A DNA stretch of 63,865 nucleotides, counting the filler, from Vicugna vicugna (taxonomy: Eukaryota), in the NCBI GenBank assembly GCA_013265495.1. It is 83 parts of 78 records of this genome, joined end to end, with 100 filler letters (N's around TTAATTAATTAA, not from the genome) between each part and the next. Parts side by side here need not be neighbours in the genome. Positions count along the whole stretch, not along the records: positions 62,317 to 63,040 come from PNXW01013692.1; positions 63,141 to 63,327 come from MU060290.1; positions 63,428 to 63,638 come from MU060290.1; positions 63,739 to 63,865 come from MU060294.1; 79 more parts are not named here. One strand, given 5' to 3'. The notes beneath the pieces were generated by a model that was not told the origin of the DNA, did no database searches, and saw nothing but the letters and a program-made list of their open reading frames with translations. The translations under genes were made by a program, and so were the position numbers. How positions within the stretch are numbered: the stretch's first letter is position 1; every line of letters starts with the position of its first letter. Of this stretch, positions 62,217 through 63,865 are shown piece by piece.

Positions 62217-62859
62217 NNNNNNNNNNNNNNNNNNNNNNNNNNNNNNNNNNNNNNNNNNNNTTAATTAATTAANNNNNNNNNNNNNNNNNNNNNNNNNNNN
62301 NNNNNNNNNNNNNNNNAAAGAGTAGACAGGTGATAAATGTCTTCTTTGTTACTGATGAAGCGAAGTTCTCCATGAACTTTAGGGCTGTGGGAAAATCCAT
62401 GTCATGATACTGTGTCCCAGAATTAGAGACTCACGCTGTCCCATGTAGCTCTGGGCCACAGTGAGCCTTCCCTTGAGAGGACCTGCCCCTTCATGCACAG
62501 GGCTGTCCTGCCATGGAGCTGAGCATGCCGGGTGCTTCTGAAGGGTGGCCAACACTAGAGGGAAAGGAAGGGTTACAAATGCCCTGCTTGTCTCCCCGGA
62601 CTCACACCTCACTCTGTTAGTGTGAGGAGGGCTACCTGTGGGCCAGGGGCCAGGAGTGTGAAGGAAGAAGCACACTCCATGGCCCAGAGGAGTGGTTAGG
62701 AGGCATCACCTCCCTCGGTTTAAACAGGTGGTCAGATGGAAGAGAAGGGTGCTCCCCAAGAGTTTATGAAAGTAGAAATAAGGATTTTCTTTGGGAATTA
62801 GACTAGCCAGGAAACACATAAGATGATTAGAAGGGAGACTTGTAAATCACTTTGATATT

Positions 62860-63040
62860 AAGTTGACGTTTGTTGAGCACCAAAAATGTGCTACATTCTT
62901 TTCTGAGTGTTTTACAGAAATGAATCCTTCAATCTTCTCAACAAGCGAGTAAGGAAGGTTTGATTTATATCTCAGGTTTACAGTGTTTAAACTTGAGTAA
63001 GTTGTCCAAAATCACAAACTAGCAAGTGGCAGAGCTGGTA
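62860..63040 (-). mobile_element. MIR
   Basis: TTTGTTGAGCAC..ATGTGC..AATCTTCTCAACAA..GTCCAAAATCACAAACTAGCAAGTGGCAGAGCTGG. Confidence 0.75.
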
Positions 63041-63140
63041 NNNNNNNNNNNNNNNNNNNNNNNNNNNNNNNNNNNNNNNNNNNNTTAATTAATTAANNNN
63101 NNNNNNNNNNNNNNNNNNNNNNNNNNNNNNNNNNNNNNNN

Positions 63141-63638
63141 GACAACTCCATGCAGCTCTCTTCATTCACAGGAGTTCCATGTTCGTGGAAGTCCGAGAAA
63201 TAAATTCCCTGACCAAGGGGAGGCAGCCTCTTTCACTGGGATATCCTGCAAACCCCCCTAGAATTCCCTGGCACAGAGACATTAGGAAAACCCTCAGGGG
63301 AGACGAGCTTCGGCTTTCCGTTAGAACNNNNNNNNNNNNNNNNNNNNNNNNNNNNNNNNNNNNNNNNNNNNTTAATTAATTAANNNNNNNNNNNNNNNNN
63401 NNNNNNNNNNNNNNNNNNNNNNNNNNNGCGCTGCCGACCGTTGGTGGAACCTCCCCACGCTCAGGATTCCGGAACCATTGTCAGTGCGTGGGGGAGCTCG
63501 AGAGACAACTCCACGCAGCTCTCTTCAGTCACAGGTGTTCCCTGTTCTTGAAAGTCCGAGAAATACCTTCCTGACCTTGAGGAGGCAGCATCAGACACTG
63601 GGATACCCTGCAATCAACCCTAGCATTCCCTGGCACAG
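63141..63638 (+). repeat. SatA satellite (fragments 63141-63327 and 63428-63638)
   Basis: SatA motifs. Confidence 0.93.
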
Positions 63639-63865
63639 NNNNNNNNNNNNNNNNNNNNNNNNNNNNNNNNNNNNNNNNNNNNTTAATTAATTAANNNNNN
63701 NNNNNNNNNNNNNNNNNNNNNNNNNNNNNNNNNNNNNNCCAGATCCCTCCCTACTCTCTGCTCATCGTGTCCATCTGTATCTCTCCAATTTTCCCGTCCT
63801 ATCCACCCGCTCCCATCTTTTCCCTCCCTCCCTCCCTGTCCCACCTTCTCTCACAGAACCCAGAG

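Noticed and set aside
628..63694. Regularly interspaced TTAATTAATTAA palindrome, superficially like a CRISPR or cassette array
   Set aside because: Always embedded in exactly 44 N on each side, so it is a synthetic assembly linker.

Overview
This window is not a contiguous locus. It is a mammalian 'chrUn'-type concatenate of about 83 small unplaced scaffolds (about 50-1700 bp), each separated by an artificial 100-bp spacer (N44-TTAATTAATTAA-N44), so adjacency between fragments has no biological meaning. tRNA-derived SINEs resembling the camelid vic-1 family suggest alpaca, llama or camel. Nearly half the fragments are satellite DNA, given working names here. SatA is GC/CpG-rich with a 266-267 bp monomer. 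SatB is a diverged relative of SatA (about 261-267 bp). SatC has a 247-250 bp monomer. SatD is an AT-rich relative of SatC (245-248 bp) organised as an approximately 740-bp trimer. SatE is an (AGAATAT)n-derived heptamer satellite. The remainder is L1, L2, MIR, MER33, SINE and ERV debris plus duplicated gene pieces: two diverged TRAPPC9-like fragments, an intact ANKRD26-like exon, a disabled ANO6 exon and a GC-shifted CDK16 processed pseudogene. There is no complete gene, RNA gene or CRISPR array, and I see no support for a new multi-gene system. The most promising leads are an apparent single ~250-bp satellite superfamily with higher-order structure and a diverged, frame-intact TRAPPC9 paralog family. 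Protein identifications are from memory of the human sequences, identity values are estimated by eye, and all need BLAST confirmation.
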